DNA from: Candidatus Peregrinibacteria bacterium GW2011_GWF2_38_29 | Lineage (GTDB): Bacteria; Patescibacteriota; Gracilibacteria; UBA1369; UBA12463 | DNA length: 64,000 bases | Reading direction: 5' to 3' | Assembly: GCA_000992695.1 (NCBI GenBank) | Contig: LBUS01000009.1 | Coordinates: 25,548-89,547, forward strand | Shown: positions 17,607 through 28,188 of the stretch, one piece after another | Numbering within the stretch: the stretch's first letter is position 1 | Layout: each line of letters starts with the position of its first letter | Program-made: the position numbers and the translations under genes | Notes under the pieces: generated by a model | Told to the model about the DNA's origin: nothing | Database searches by the model: none | Seen by the model: only the letters and a program-made list of their open reading frames with translations

Positions 17607-19070
17607 ATGGAAAAAAAATCCTCTCTCCTTTTAAGTTATATCAAACAAGGAGTAAAAATATTTTTGGCAATATTTATATTTTTCTTTTTATTAAAGCTGA
17701 TTTTTAATGTCAGCGTCACAAATGTCGTATTTTTTTTCGGTGAAAAATTAGATACAGACGCCTATAATCATACAAATATACTCTTGATGGGGATTGGCGG
17801 TGGAACGCATGACGGAGCGGATTTAACAGACACAATGTTAATCGCCAGCATTGATCAGGAAAGCAAAATCACAAGCCTTTTCTCTTTACCAAGAGACGTA
17901 TTTGTAAAAGTAAAAGATATTGGAAACAATTTTGGCGGTGAAAAAGTAAATGCGGTTTATGCATATTCAAAAGCTTATTACAAAGACTCTGAAAAAGCCT
18001 TAGACATAACAAAAAACGCAGTTGAAGAAATGATGGGAATTCCAATTCATTATTATGCAAAAATAGACTTTTCGGGATTTGAAAAAATGATAAATTCAAT
18101 CGGTGGAATCGACGTTTACGTTGATACAACGCTTGATGACCCAATGTATCCAAAAGCGGGAACAACCGGATATGAACTTTTACACGTTGATGCCGGCTGG
18201 CACCACATGGATGGCAGTTTAGCCTTAAAATACGCAAGATCACGCCAAACGACAAGCGTTTTTGACCGAGATAAAAGACAAAGACAAATAATAAACGCAA
18301 TTAAAGATAAAGTTCTAAACAAAAAAGAAAGCTTTGATGAAAGCAAAATCGAAAACATTTTCTTATCATTAAAAAATAATATTGAAACAAATTTAGCCAC
18401 AAGAGAAATAATCACGCTCGTAAAAATCGCTTCAGAAATGGGAAACGCTCAAGTCATAAAATCTTACGAATTCAGCGACGATCCATCTTTATGCGGCGGA
18501 TGGCTTGTACCGGGCGATAAAGAATTGTTTGGAGGCGCATACGTGTTAATCCCCGCAGGCAACAAATATACACACATGCAAAAAACCGTCGATTTTGTTT
18601 TAAATAACGCAAAATTAACGCACAAAGATTATCGAATACAGATTTTAAATGGCACAATTTATCCGGCCGCAACAAAATTAAAATCTCTTTTTGATAGATA
18701 CTGTTTAAATGTCGTCAGATTCGGAAATGCAAAAACTAATACAGTCAAAAAAACAACTTATTACATTAAAGATACCGTTGATAAAGACTTTGTAAATCTC
18801 TTGCAAGAATTAATTCCGGGCAAAACTTCAAACGCAATTCCAATCGAATATACAGAGCCGCCATTCCAAAGCAACGCCGACATCTTGATTGAAATTGGAA
18901 CCGATTATTTTGAAAATCCAATCAAAGACCCTTATGATGAATACGCGGCACTGCTATATCAACGAGAACAGGAAGAAAAGGCCAAGCAACAGGCCGCTTT
19001 ACAAAACGAAACAGCAACAAAGCCCGCAACCACAGGTAAAACACCCGCCCCAAAACCAGTCAAAAAATAG
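17607..19070 (+). CDS. LytR-CpsA-Psr (LCP) family cell-envelope phosphotransferase
   Basis: N-terminal TM segment. Motifs: NILLMGIGGGTHDGADLTDTMLIASID, SLPRDV, IHYYAKIDFSGFEKMINSIGGIDV, LALKYARSRQ. Confidence 0.8.
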   Translation: MEKKSSLLLSYIKQGVKIFLAIFIFFFLLKLIFNVSVTNVVFFFGEKLDTDAYNHTNILLMGIGGGTHDGADLTDTMLIASIDQESKITSLFSLPRDVFVKVKDIGNNFGGEKVNAVYAYSKAYYKDSEKALDITKNAVEEMMGIPIHYYAKIDFSGFEKMINSIGGIDVYVDTTLDDPMYPKAGTTGYELLHVDAGWHHMDGSLALKYARSRQTTSVFDRDKRQRQIINAIKDKVLNKKESFDESKIENIFLSLKNNIETNLATREIITLVKIASEMGNAQVIKSYEFSDDPSLCGGWLVPGDKELFGGAYVLIPAGNKYTHMQKTVDFVLNNAKLTHKDYRIQILNGTIYPAATKLKSLFDRYCLNVVRFGNAKTNTVKKTTYYIKDTVDKDFVNLLQELIPGKTSNAIPIEYTEPPFQSNADILIEIGTDYFENPIKDPYDEYAALLYQREQEEKAKQQAALQNETATKPATTGKTPAPKPVKK

Positions 19071-19087
19071 AGATTTAACCAAAATGC

Positions 19088-19981
19088 ATGGTACTCACCC
19101 TTCTCAATTTATACATTTCAAGCTTATTACACACGGCATCGGCTAATGTTTTTGCGGCACAAGAAACACCTCAAACAATCAACGAGGAATATTCTTCTAT
19201 AATAAACATTCTGCCAGAGCCTTATCAAAAAGAAAATTTGACCCCTCTGGAACTCGGTGCAAAAGCCATTGTAGTCATGGATTTAAACACCGGCAAAATT
19301 CTATACGAAAAAAACGCTGATGAAAGAAGACCAATCGGAAGCATAACAAAGCTCATGACGGATTCAATAATTCTTGATGAAAATTCATTAAACGGAATAG
19401 CAATCGTAAGCGACAGAGCTGCAAAAACCGACGGATCAAAAATATGGCTTTATCCGGGAGAAAAAATTACAGTCGCAAACCTTCTTTATGCGTCAATAAT
19501 TCATTCAGCCAATGATGCAACATATGCACTCGCAGAACATAATGCGGGGTCCTCTGAAAAATTTATAGAAAAAATGAACAGAAAAGCGGAAATGCTCGGC
19601 TTAAAATCAACAAAATTCTCAAACCCGGTTGGATTTGATGATGAAAATAACTATTCAACTGCAAAAGATATCGCAATACTCGCTCGAATCGCATACAAAA
19701 AACCTTTTATAAGACAGGCGGCATCAACTTCAAAAATGGAAGTGTCATCAATTGATAACAAGATTAAACACAAACTCGAAAGTACAAACAATCTTCTCGG
19801 AAAAGATAAAAGAATAAAAGGCCTCAAAACCGGCCACACAATGGAGGCGGGATTTTCTTTTGTGAGCGCCGCGGAAAATGCATACGGAAATGATATAATA
19901 ACTGTTGTACTGGACAGTCCGGACAGATTTAAGGAAACACAAATATTACTTGATTGGACATTTAATAACTTTACCTGGTAA
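19088..19981 (+). CDS. D-alanyl-D-alanine carboxypeptidase (S11, PBP5-like)
   Basis: Signal peptide, SxxK (GSITKLMT), SxN (HSAND) and KTG (LKTGHT). Confidence 0.8.
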   Translation: MVLTLLNLYISSLLHTASANVFAAQETPQTINEEYSSIINILPEPYQKENLTPLELGAKAIVVMDLNTGKILYEKNADERRPIGSITKLMTDSIILDENSLNGIAIVSDRAAKTDGSKIWLYPGEKITVANLLYASIIHSANDATYALAEHNAGSSEKFIEKMNRKAEMLGLKSTKFSNPVGFDDENNYSTAKDIAILARIAYKKPFIRQAASTSKMEVSSIDNKIKHKLESTNNLLGKDKRIKGLKTGHTMEAGFSFVSAAENAYGNDIITVVLDSPDRFKETQILLDWTFNNFTW

Positions 19982-19985
19982 AAAT

Positions 19986-21041
19986 ATGCAATTCATAGAC
20001 ACAAACACAATTAGACATCTATCATTCATCTTTGGTGCCGAAATTTTATCATTCATCGTAGCTCTGATTCTAACTCCATTTTTCGTAAAATTTATTGAAA
20101 AATACGGCATCAAAAAGCAAATTCGTGATGATGCAATGAGTGGAGAAAAAGCAACGCTATTTCATCAATTGCATGCCAAAAAATCCGGCACGCCAACAAT
20201 GGGCGGAATCATAATTTGGGGCAGTATCTTAATTGTAGTTGCATTCTCAAGAATCGCATCAGCTCTCGGAATAACAGATAAATCTCTCTTAAACAGAAAA
20301 GAAACCTGGGTTCCAATTTTTACACTCATAACAATGGCAATCCTTGGCTTGGTTGATGACTACATCAATGTAAAAGGCACGGGCTCAAAAGGAATTCGCG
20401 CAAAGACAAAAATGTTATGGTTATTAATATTCGCGACAGCGGGAGCTCTTTGGTTTTTCTTTAAACTCGATTATAACCAAATTCACATTCCATTCATGGG
20501 AAGTATTGGAGTCGGCTGGCTTTATATCCCAATATTCATTTTCGTAATTGTTGGAACGGCAAACGCGGTCAATGTCACAGATGGGCTCGATGGACTCGCA
20601 GGTGGACTTCTAATCATCGCTTTCACAGCTTTCGGCGCAATCGCATATACAAAAAGCTTATTAATTTTGGCAGCATTCTGTGGAGTTATCGCAGGCGCAC
20701 TTTTTGCTTTTGTATGGTTTAATGTACCCCCGGCAAAATTCTACATGGGAGATACGGGTTCACTCGCGCTTGGAGGCACACTCGGCGTCATTGCAATGTT
20801 AACAGATTCAGTGCTTATTTTACCTATAATCGGCCTTGTTTTCGTCATCGAAATGCTATCGGTAATAATCCAACTCACTTCAAAAAAACTATTTCACAGA
20901 AAGGTTTTCAGAATAGCACCAATCCACCATCACTTTGAACACATGGGATGGAGCGAAGCAAGCATCGTAATGAGATTCTGGATAATTGGAGGATTCATCG
21001 CGGCAGTCGGCTTAATTGTTGGATTTGTCGGACGAATCTAA
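19986..21041 (+). CDS. mraY: phospho-N-acetylmuramoyl-pentapeptide transferase
   Basis: Motifs: NAVNVTDGLDGLAGG, MGDTGSLALGG, PIHHHFE. The start is moved to ATG 19986 (MQFIDTN) because the track start at 19905 lies inside the upstream gene. Confidence 0.9.
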   Translation: MQFIDTNTIRHLSFIFGAEILSFIVALILTPFFVKFIEKYGIKKQIRDDAMSGEKATLFHQLHAKKSGTPTMGGIIIWGSILIVVAFSRIASALGITDKSLLNRKETWVPIFTLITMAILGLVDDYINVKGTGSKGIRAKTKMLWLLIFATAGALWFFFKLDYNQIHIPFMGSIGVGWLYIPIFIFVIVGTANAVNVTDGLDGLAGGLLIIAFTAFGAIAYTKSLLILAAFCGVIAGALFAFVWFNVPPAKFYMGDTGSLALGGTLGVIAMLTDSVLILPIIGLVFVIEMLSVIIQLTSKKLFHRKVFRIAPIHHHFEHMGWSEASIVMRFWIIGGFIAAVGLIVGFVGRI

Positions 21042-22853
21042 TTCGTGGAAAAGATTAATCTTTGGAGAATCAACATCGTCCCCTTCTTCAACAGTTGAAT
21101 TTGAAGGGCCAAGTTGATCGTATATTCTAACAAATGTATTTACGTCTTCAGCTGATTTTTCACCATTTGCTTGAACCGCAGTATCCATAATTGTTTGAAC
21201 AGAAGAACTCTTCACGCTCGCAACCTCTTTCTTCAAATCAGAAGATTCAAGGCTGTTTTCAATAAGAGTTAACATTTTCACAATATCAGCATTTTTATTC
21301 AAAACTTCTTTTGCCATTTCCGGATTCTTGGAAAAATCCGCTTTTTGCATATCAGCAATAATAACTTTCAAATCTTCAAGATTAGCTTTTGCATTTTCAA
21401 ATTTCTTATTATCAAGCAAATCCTGAGCCTCAAGAAGCTTAGAAGATGCTTTTTCAAACATCAATTTAACTTTGCTTTCATCATTATCAGCAACTGACAT
21501 TTCCATATCGCGAATCGAATCTTTAACTTCGTATAAAGGCAAATCGGGAGTAACAAAAGACAAATCTTTCTTATATCTCATCAACCTTTCATTAACAAGA
21601 CTTTCCATCTTAGCCGCCTCTTCAGGATTTGAAGATTTTAATTCATCAATCTTTGCCTTTGCCTCTGAAACAACATCTTTCAAATAAGACAGCGTTTGTC
21701 TTGCATCGTCAATTTTACCGGCATTCATCAAAGACGAAGCCAGAGCCATCTTATTATCAGCCAAATTAAGTTTTAAACGTAATGTTTCAGTATCACTGAA
21801 TGATAAATAAAGAGATGCATCTTCTTTAAGATCTGAAACCGGATCAGAAGCCAATTTTGTCTGTTCATTCGCAACGCGCGCAATATATTCCTTATCTTTT
21901 TTCAAATTATCATTAATCCATTCTTTTTCGCCTTGTTTTAAAGTTTTTTTGGAAACAAGAGAAACGTAATTTGAATTCACAACAGCCTTATATCCTTTTA
22001 AAACCGTTTTTGTATCAGAATTGCCGTTTGATCCAACTGAAACATCCACAACATTATGATAAACATCAACCTCAGATGAGTTTTTATTTGCGATAAAAGA
22101 AAAAGTCGCTCTATCGACAACATCGGCAGTTGTCTTATTTGCACGAACTTTAAATAAAGAATTCCCAAAAAGATCAAAAACCATTGCCCACATCTGGCCA
22201 TGATCAACGTCAAGCTCAATAGCGGTATTAATTCCAAATTCATCCGTATCTAGTCTTGAAAATTTAATTTTTGTATTTTCATTAAGCCTGCTTATGCTTC
22301 CGTCAAAATACTTAATCGTTGCCGCACCAATTCGCGTATAAATAACATCATCTTGATACAAAATAAAACCGTTTTCGGCTTTGATTTCTTTTTCATTACG
22401 CACAACTGAAACATCACCTGTAATTTCTGTAAGAACAGTTGAAGGCTTTGCAAAAACAACATTCTCCTTCCCCGGAATAAACGAAAAAGCGCCTGTCGCA
22501 ATAATCAAAACTGCAAGACCTGCGCTTAAAGCTCTTTTAAAAGCGAATTTATATTGATAAACCCATCTAAATTCTGAAGTGCTTTCAATTCTTTCAAGGA
22601 TTTGATTTTTAATAAGACTTTTAACATATGAACTCATTTTTACTGTCGCGGAAACTTTTGCAATATTTTGCGCAAAATTATCCAAATGCTGAGGCAACAT
22701 CTCTTGCGCCTTAATATTGGCTAAGATATGCGACTTCATCGCACTTTTTGCAGACTTGCTTAGACCCGGTTTTTCCAGAGTGAATAGAATTTTCTCCAGG
22801 TCGTAATTGTCCCTGTTCCCTGATTTTTTCGTAAATAGTGATAACATATCCAT
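21012..22853 (-). CDS. FecR-domain membrane protein, candidate anti-sigma factor
   Basis: Directly downstream of the ECF sigma gene. Single TM (LSAGLAVLIIATGAFSFI), a FecR-like beta region (GDVSVVRNEKEIKAENGFILYQDDVIYTRIGAATIKYFDGS), and a long helical C-terminus. Confidence 0.55.
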   Translation of the reverse strand: MDMLSLFTKKSGNRDNYDLEKILFTLEKPGLSKSAKSAMKSHILANIKAQEMLPQHLDNFAQNIAKVSATVKMSSYVKSLIKNQILERIESTSEFRWVYQYKFAFKRALSAGLAVLIIATGAFSFIPGKENVVFAKPSTVLTEITGDVSVVRNEKEIKAENGFILYQDDVIYTRIGAATIKYFDGSISRLNENTKIKFSRLDTDEFGINTAIELDVDHGQMWAMVFDLFGNSLFKVRANKTTADVVDRATFSFIANKNSSEVDVYHNVVDVSVGSNGNSDTKTVLKGYKAVVNSNYVSLVSKKTLKQGEKEWINDNLKKDKEYIARVANEQTKLASDPVSDLKEDASLYLSFSDTETLRLKLNLADNKMALASSLMNAGKIDDARQTLSYLKDVVSEAKAKIDELKSSNPEEAAKMESLVNERLMRYKKDLSFVTPDLPLYEVKDSIRDMEMSVADNDESKVKLMFEKASSKLLEAQDLLDNKKFENAKANLEDLKVIIADMQKADFSKNPEMAKEVLNKNADIVKMLTLIENSLESSDLKKEVASVKSSSVQTIMDTAVQANGEKSAEDVNTFVRIYDQLGPSNSTVEEGDDVDSPKINLFHELDSSDKSNN

Positions 22854-22867
22854 TTATTCAAACGTCG

Positions 22868-23437
22868 TTAAAGGCCTTTTGTTACACCCATGTCCTTCAA
22901 GTTGCGCTTAAGTTCTTGCAAGGCCCTAAATTGCAAGACTCGAACAGCACCTTCATTCTTTTTCATAATTTCAGCAATTTCTTCGTTTGACTTTTCATTT
23001 ATATATTTCAAAATAACTATTTGCTTATATTTGTCTTTCAAGCCCTCAATAGCAATTTTTAAAACCGAATTATCCATAGATCTTTCCGCATTATGAAGCG
23101 GGCTATGTTCACGCTTATCATCCATATAGTCTTCCGTAAGTTCTTCAATATGCTTATTCATCCTATAATGATCAATCACTGCATTATGCGCAATTTTAAA
23201 AATCCAAGACGTAAAATTCTTAGCTTCTTTATAACGCTTAAGATTCTCCCACGCTCTCATAAATATCATCTCAGTCAAATCCTGTGCATCTTGCTGATGA
23301 GAAATACGAAAAAACACATATTTATATATATCATCCGCAATAATGTCATAAATACGACCAAACGACGCGGAATCACCATCTTTCGCGCGCACAACAAGCT
23401 GTTCGATTTCTTTCTTTAACTCATCGCTTTGCGGCAT
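22868..23437 (-). CDS. ECF-type sigma-70 family RNA polymerase sigma factor
   Basis: Region 2 (DAQDLTEMIFMRAWENL, FTSWIFKIAHNAVIDHYR) and region 4 HTH (SNEEIAEIMKKNEGAVRVLQFRALQEL). Confidence 0.85.
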   Translation of the reverse strand: MPQSDELKKEIEQLVVRAKDGDSASFGRIYDIIADDIYKYVFFRISHQQDAQDLTEMIFMRAWENLKRYKEAKNFTSWIFKIAHNAVIDHYRMNKHIEELTEDYMDDKREHSPLHNAERSMDNSVLKIAIEGLKDKYKQIVILKYINEKSNEEIAEIMKKNEGAVRVLQFRALQELKRNLKDMGVTKGL

Positions 23438-23444
23438 ATGTATA

Positions 23445-24353
23445 TTATTTAAGCATTTCTTCCGCGGTCAAAACCTCTTTTTCCGATCCGATGAAAATCG
23501 GTGTTCTTTGAGACAAACTTTCAACCGTTTTTTCAAGCAGTCGAATTTTGCCATCAGTGGCTTTTCCGCCCGCGTGTTCAACAATATACGCCATTGGTGC
23601 GCATTCGTAAAGCAAACGCAATTTTCCATCCGGCATATCTTTATAACCCGGATATGTAAAAAGTCCTTTTCCTTTTAATAAAATGTGATTTATATCAGGA
23701 ACCATGCCTCCCGAATAACGAAGCGTATACTGATTATCAAGCCAATAATTGAACAAATTTCGGTATCCCGGATTATACAAACAGGCACGCAAATTGCCAG
23801 GTGCAAAAATCTTACCTTCTTTTTCAATCTGCAAATTCTCCTTTGTTAAATTAAACTTGGAGTCACAAAGCGTATATTCATGAACTCCGGCCTTTGTTGC
23901 GCAAACAATTGTTGTACGTGGACCATAAACGGCAATCATTGCGCATTCCTGATCATCGCCTTTTTTGCCAATAAAAGTATTGCATTTATAAATACCAAAA
24001 ATACTTCCAACCGCAAGATTCACATTAACAAGCGAAGATCCATCAAGCGGATCATAAGCAACACCAAAATTATCCTGCGAATCATGACCGGTTTTAACTT
24101 CCTCTTCAAGCTCTTCAGAAGCGTAAACCGCAACGTCTTCACGCTTATTTAAAACAACGGAAATCAAACGATCAGAAGCAACATCAAGCGCAAGCTGTTC
24201 TTCTCCAAACGTATTACACGTTCCGACTTTATCACACATTTTCCCGGCTTCAACAATACAAGAAATATCAACGCAAGCATCAGCAAGTTTAGAAATAAGC
24301 GCACTCAACTTCGCTTCAACGCCCAGTTTTTTTAAATGTTCCAATAATTCCAT
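23445..24353 (-). CDS. fbp: fructose-1,6-bisphosphatase class 1
   Basis: Motifs: GEEQLALDV, ASEELEE, DPLDGSS, GSIFGIY, LRYSGGMVPDINHILLKGKGLFTYP, GKLRLLYECAPMAYIVEHAGG. Confidence 0.85.
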   Translation of the reverse strand: MELLEHLKKLGVEAKLSALISKLADACVDISCIVEAGKMCDKVGTCNTFGEEQLALDVASDRLISVVLNKREDVAVYASEELEEEVKTGHDSQDNFGVAYDPLDGSSLVNVNLAVGSIFGIYKCNTFIGKKGDDQECAMIAVYGPRTTIVCATKAGVHEYTLCDSKFNLTKENLQIEKEGKIFAPGNLRACLYNPGYRNLFNYWLDNQYTLRYSGGMVPDINHILLKGKGLFTYPGYKDMPDGKLRLLYECAPMAYIVEHAGGKATDGKIRLLEKTVESLSQRTPIFIGSEKEVLTAEEMLK

Positions 24354-24404
24354 TTGAAAATTGGTAATTAAATAATTGAAATTTATTTGATTATTGACAA
24401 TTGA

Positions 24405-25364
24405 TTATTGAATCTTTGGCAATGGCGTCTCATCCAACAATTTCGCGAGCTCCTTCGTTAGCGTCATCGCCGTTTTATAATCTCTTTTCCAAATATTTCT
24501 TCCAAAAATAAATCCAAAACATCCGCCATCCAAACACGCTTGTGCATTTTCGCGCAATGATTTCAAATCAATTTCTTCACCACCGGAAAACAGCACAGGC
24601 ACGCCACTTGCGGCCTTAACAATTCTTTTTGCGCGTTCACGTTTTTGCTCAAAAGAACCTTTTATTGCCTGCAATTCTTTTTCAACTTTTCTATAATATT
24701 CAGGAATTCCCGTATTTTCCATATATTCAGGTTTTGCGGCTTTTGGGAGATTTGATTTAATAACTGTCGCGCCCATTTCCGCAGCCATTCTTGCGGCAGA
24801 TTCAAGAGCATAAGAAGCATTTGCTCCACCTTTTGCATCAACAGCTTCTCCGCGTGGATAAGCCCAAACTATGAGTGGCATTCCATATTTGTCGCATTCT
24901 TTTCGAACGCCTGCAAGTTGTGGCAAATCTTCATCTTGTCTTGGTGAGCCATAATACATCGTATAGCCAACAGCAACAGCGCCAAGTCTCACAGCATCTT
25001 CAACAAAACACGTAAAAGAGCTTAAAGGTTTTGCTTGTGATGGAAATGATGTTTTTCCATTAAGTTTTAAAATAAGCGGCATCGCGCCATCAAATTTTGC
25101 CCAATTATGTTTTGAAATTCCATAGTGAAAAGCAACCCCATTGAACTTTGCATCAATTGCCAATTTCATGATGTAATCAACGTTTCCCGCATCCGATTCC
25201 GCATCAAGATGCCTGCAATCATGTTCAATAAATTGATCATAAGGCAAAAAGATCGTGCGACCGCTTGGTCTGATAATTTGTCTGATTCTTGCTAATTCTC
25301 CTGCTGAAAAATGAAGTTTTCGAAAGAAATGTAACATATCTCTTTCTTGTGCCATTTTCGCCAT
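24405..25364 (-). CDS. class I fructose-bisphosphate aldolase (FbaB/DhnA, archaeal type)
   Basis: These segments align by eye with E. coli FbaB blocks: LPYDQFIEH, LILKLNGKT, GAVAVGYTMYYGS, VWAYPRG, GATVIKSNL, FIFGRNIW. Confidence 0.8.
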   Translation of the reverse strand: MAKMAQERDMLHFFRKLHFSAGELARIRQIIRPSGRTIFLPYDQFIEHDCRHLDAESDAGNVDYIMKLAIDAKFNGVAFHYGISKHNWAKFDGAMPLILKLNGKTSFPSQAKPLSSFTCFVEDAVRLGAVAVGYTMYYGSPRQDEDLPQLAGVRKECDKYGMPLIVWAYPRGEAVDAKGGANASYALESAARMAAEMGATVIKSNLPKAAKPEYMENTGIPEYYRKVEKELQAIKGSFEQKRERAKRIVKAASGVPVLFSGGEEIDLKSLRENAQACLDGGCFGFIFGRNIWKRDYKTAMTLTKELAKLLDETPLPKIQ

Positions 25365-25406
25365 ATTTTATTTTGTTAATTGATAATTTGTAATTGATAA
25401 TTTTTT

Positions 25407-25446
25407 GGTGTGAGCTGGAGTGAGTTGGTGTGAGTTGGTGTGACTT
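25407..25446. repeat. 4 x 10-bp tandem repeat (GGTGTGAGTT consensus)
   Basis: The sequence ggtgtgagct ggagtgagtt ggtgtgagtt ggtgtgactt lies in the gap-fba spacer. It reads ACTCACACCA x4 on the transcribed strand. Confidence 0.9.
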
Positions 25447-25451
25447 TTGAA

Positions 25452-26474
<1,023 letters not shown>

Positions 26475-26530
26475 TTATATTGTGCAAAGATTCTATCGAG
26501 CAGATGCCAAACTTTCAAGGCTTAAATCAT

Positions 26531-27193
26531 ATGAAAATAGAAAAAATCACTGGACAAAACATCAAAAACCTCATCCAAAAAACAATAACAGCCTTAAAAA
26601 AGGGTGAAACGATAATGCACGCAACCGAAACGTGTTACGGATTTGCATGCGACGCATTAAACAAAAAAGCTATTTCGCATTTATACAGAATCAAAAAAAT
26701 GGACGCAAAAAAACCGTCCAGCATAATGGTTGCAAATTTAGCCCAAGCCCAAAAATACGGAGAGCTCAACGCTCTCGCAAAAAAACTTGCAAAAAAATAC
26801 TGGCCCGGCCCGCTCACGATCATTGTTCCACGCAAAACTTCACTCCCAAAATTTCTGAATCCAAACTCAAAAACAATTGGAATTCGTTGCCCTGCTGATG
26901 AATTAACACAAAAAATTCTCCGCGCATATAAACTCCCACTCATTACAACAAGCGCAAACATAAGCGGTCAAAAAGAATCTTATTCAATCGACGCATTCTT
27001 AAAATCCGCACCAAAAAACTCGCTTCTTCCGGATTTAATCCTCGATTCAAATCGCATACCAAAACGCAAACCTTCAACAGTCATCTCGATTGAAAAAAAC
27101 CAAATAAAAATATTAAGAAGCGGGAGCATGAATATCAGGTCTATCATAAAATTGAGCAGACTCACCATGAATCCTCTCAAATCTCGCCCTTAA
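26531..27193 (+). CDS. tsaC: L-threonylcarbamoyladenylate synthase (YrdC/Sua5 domain)
   Basis: Motifs: ETCYGFACDA, KPSSIMV, WPGPLTII, IGIRCP, ITTSANISG, PSTVI. The start is set at ATG 26531 (MKIEKI). The last 81 nt overlap the convergent gene. Confidence 0.8.
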   Translation: MKIEKITGQNIKNLIQKTITALKKGETIMHATETCYGFACDALNKKAISHLYRIKKMDAKKPSSIMVANLAQAQKYGELNALAKKLAKKYWPGPLTIIVPRKTSLPKFLNPNSKTIGIRCPADELTQKILRAYKLPLITTSANISGQKESYSIDAFLKSAPKNSLLPDLILDSNRIPKRKPSTVISIEKNQIKILRSGSMNIRSIIKLSRLTMNPLKSRP

Positions 27194-28114
27194 ATCGGGC
27201 TCAAAATCTCCTCTAAGCTCAAATTTTATATTAAACCCATCTTTATCATTGTTACTACAAGTAACCATTATAGCTTTAAGGTCTTCTAAAGAATTACCCG
27301 GCAAAAATATGTGAAATGATTTTGAAAAACTACCATCATCCAAAATTGAACGCGCTAACATAGAAACACCTTCCACTCCAATAGCGCTACCTGCATTGCC
27401 CCACACATCACTTTCATCTTCACCAAAAACAACAAACGAATAAATCGAAATTAACATATCACGCACAAAATGCTCAACTTCCTTAACAGGCCTTTGTTCT
27501 AACTTAAGATGACGTGCAACACTATTAAAATAATTAACACTGGGAAAATAATGAGCCTCAACACACTTAACAGCTTCTCTAAAACCAACTGACAAAGATC
27601 CAATCGCATCAATAAAATCAGAATTATCAGCAAGATCGGCATAATAAGAATGATCCAAATCAACATCTGAAGCTTTCAAAAGCATCGCCTTTATAGCATC
27701 ACCTGACTCTTCAGCGTCCAAAGCAAAAACAACAGACTCTTTAACCGCAAAAGCTAAAGCTTTTAAATATTGTGGCTTTAAAATGCGTGCCTCTAAAGGA
27801 TCTTCATTTACCAATAGCCCATCAACAACTCCATGCATACTCGTTATGCAAGAATCAGCTGCTTGCAAAAAATCACGCTTCGCAGCACGATCAACAGATG
27901 ACGTTGAAGGACTTGAACGCATAGGAGTCAATTTGCCATCTTCAACGTCTTTAGTTCTAGCACCATCAATTTTAAGAGCAGTCTTATTATCAACTAATCT
28001 AAAAACGAATCCCGCCAAATCTTCTCTAGCGCCCTTACCGGAACGCCTTCTGTTTTTACCTTTATATCCCGGAGCATCTATCTCTAAATCCAATTCCGGT
28101 TCAAATTCATCCAT
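27113..28114 (-). CDS. orphan acidic protein, unknown function
   Basis: 333-aa uninterrupted ORF with its own consensus promoter. No motif recognised. D/E/G/A/V-rich, unlike the K/I/N-rich neighbours. Confidence 0.6.
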   Translation of the reverse strand: MDEFEPELDLEIDAPGYKGKNRRRSGKGAREDLAGFVFRLVDNKTALKIDGARTKDVEDGKLTPMRSSPSTSSVDRAAKRDFLQAADSCITSMHGVVDGLLVNEDPLEARILKPQYLKALAFAVKESVVFALDAEESGDAIKAMLLKASDVDLDHSYYADLADNSDFIDAIGSLSVGFREAVKCVEAHYFPSVNYFNSVARHLKLEQRPVKEVEHFVRDMLISIYSFVVFGEDESDVWGNAGSAIGVEGVSMLARSILDDGSFSKSFHIFLPGNSLEDLKAIMVTCSNNDKDGFNIKFELRGDFEPDLRARFERIHGESAQFYDRPDIHAPAS

Positions 28115-28140
28115 TTTTAAATTTTAAGTATTGGTAATAC

Positions 28141-28169
28141 ATTAAAACAAACAATCAACCGCATGTCAA
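28141..28169 (-). promoter_or_regulatory. sigma70-type promoter of the 333-aa orphan gene
   Basis: The minus strand reads TTGACA-N17-TTTAAT. The -10 element lies about 27 nt upstream of the ATG. Confidence 0.55.
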
Positions 28170-28188
28170 TAGCAGATGAGCTCAAAGT

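Noticed and set aside
19905-19985. N-terminal extensions proposed by the ORF track: mraY from 19905, tsaC from 26453, rsmH from the TTG at 30021, the HNH gene from the TTG at 41052, the acidic orphan from 32198, and the small paralog from 32653.
   Set aside because: The extensions overlap upstream genes or predicted -10 boxes and add non-conserved, junk-like residues. In each case an internal ATG gives the conserved N-terminus.
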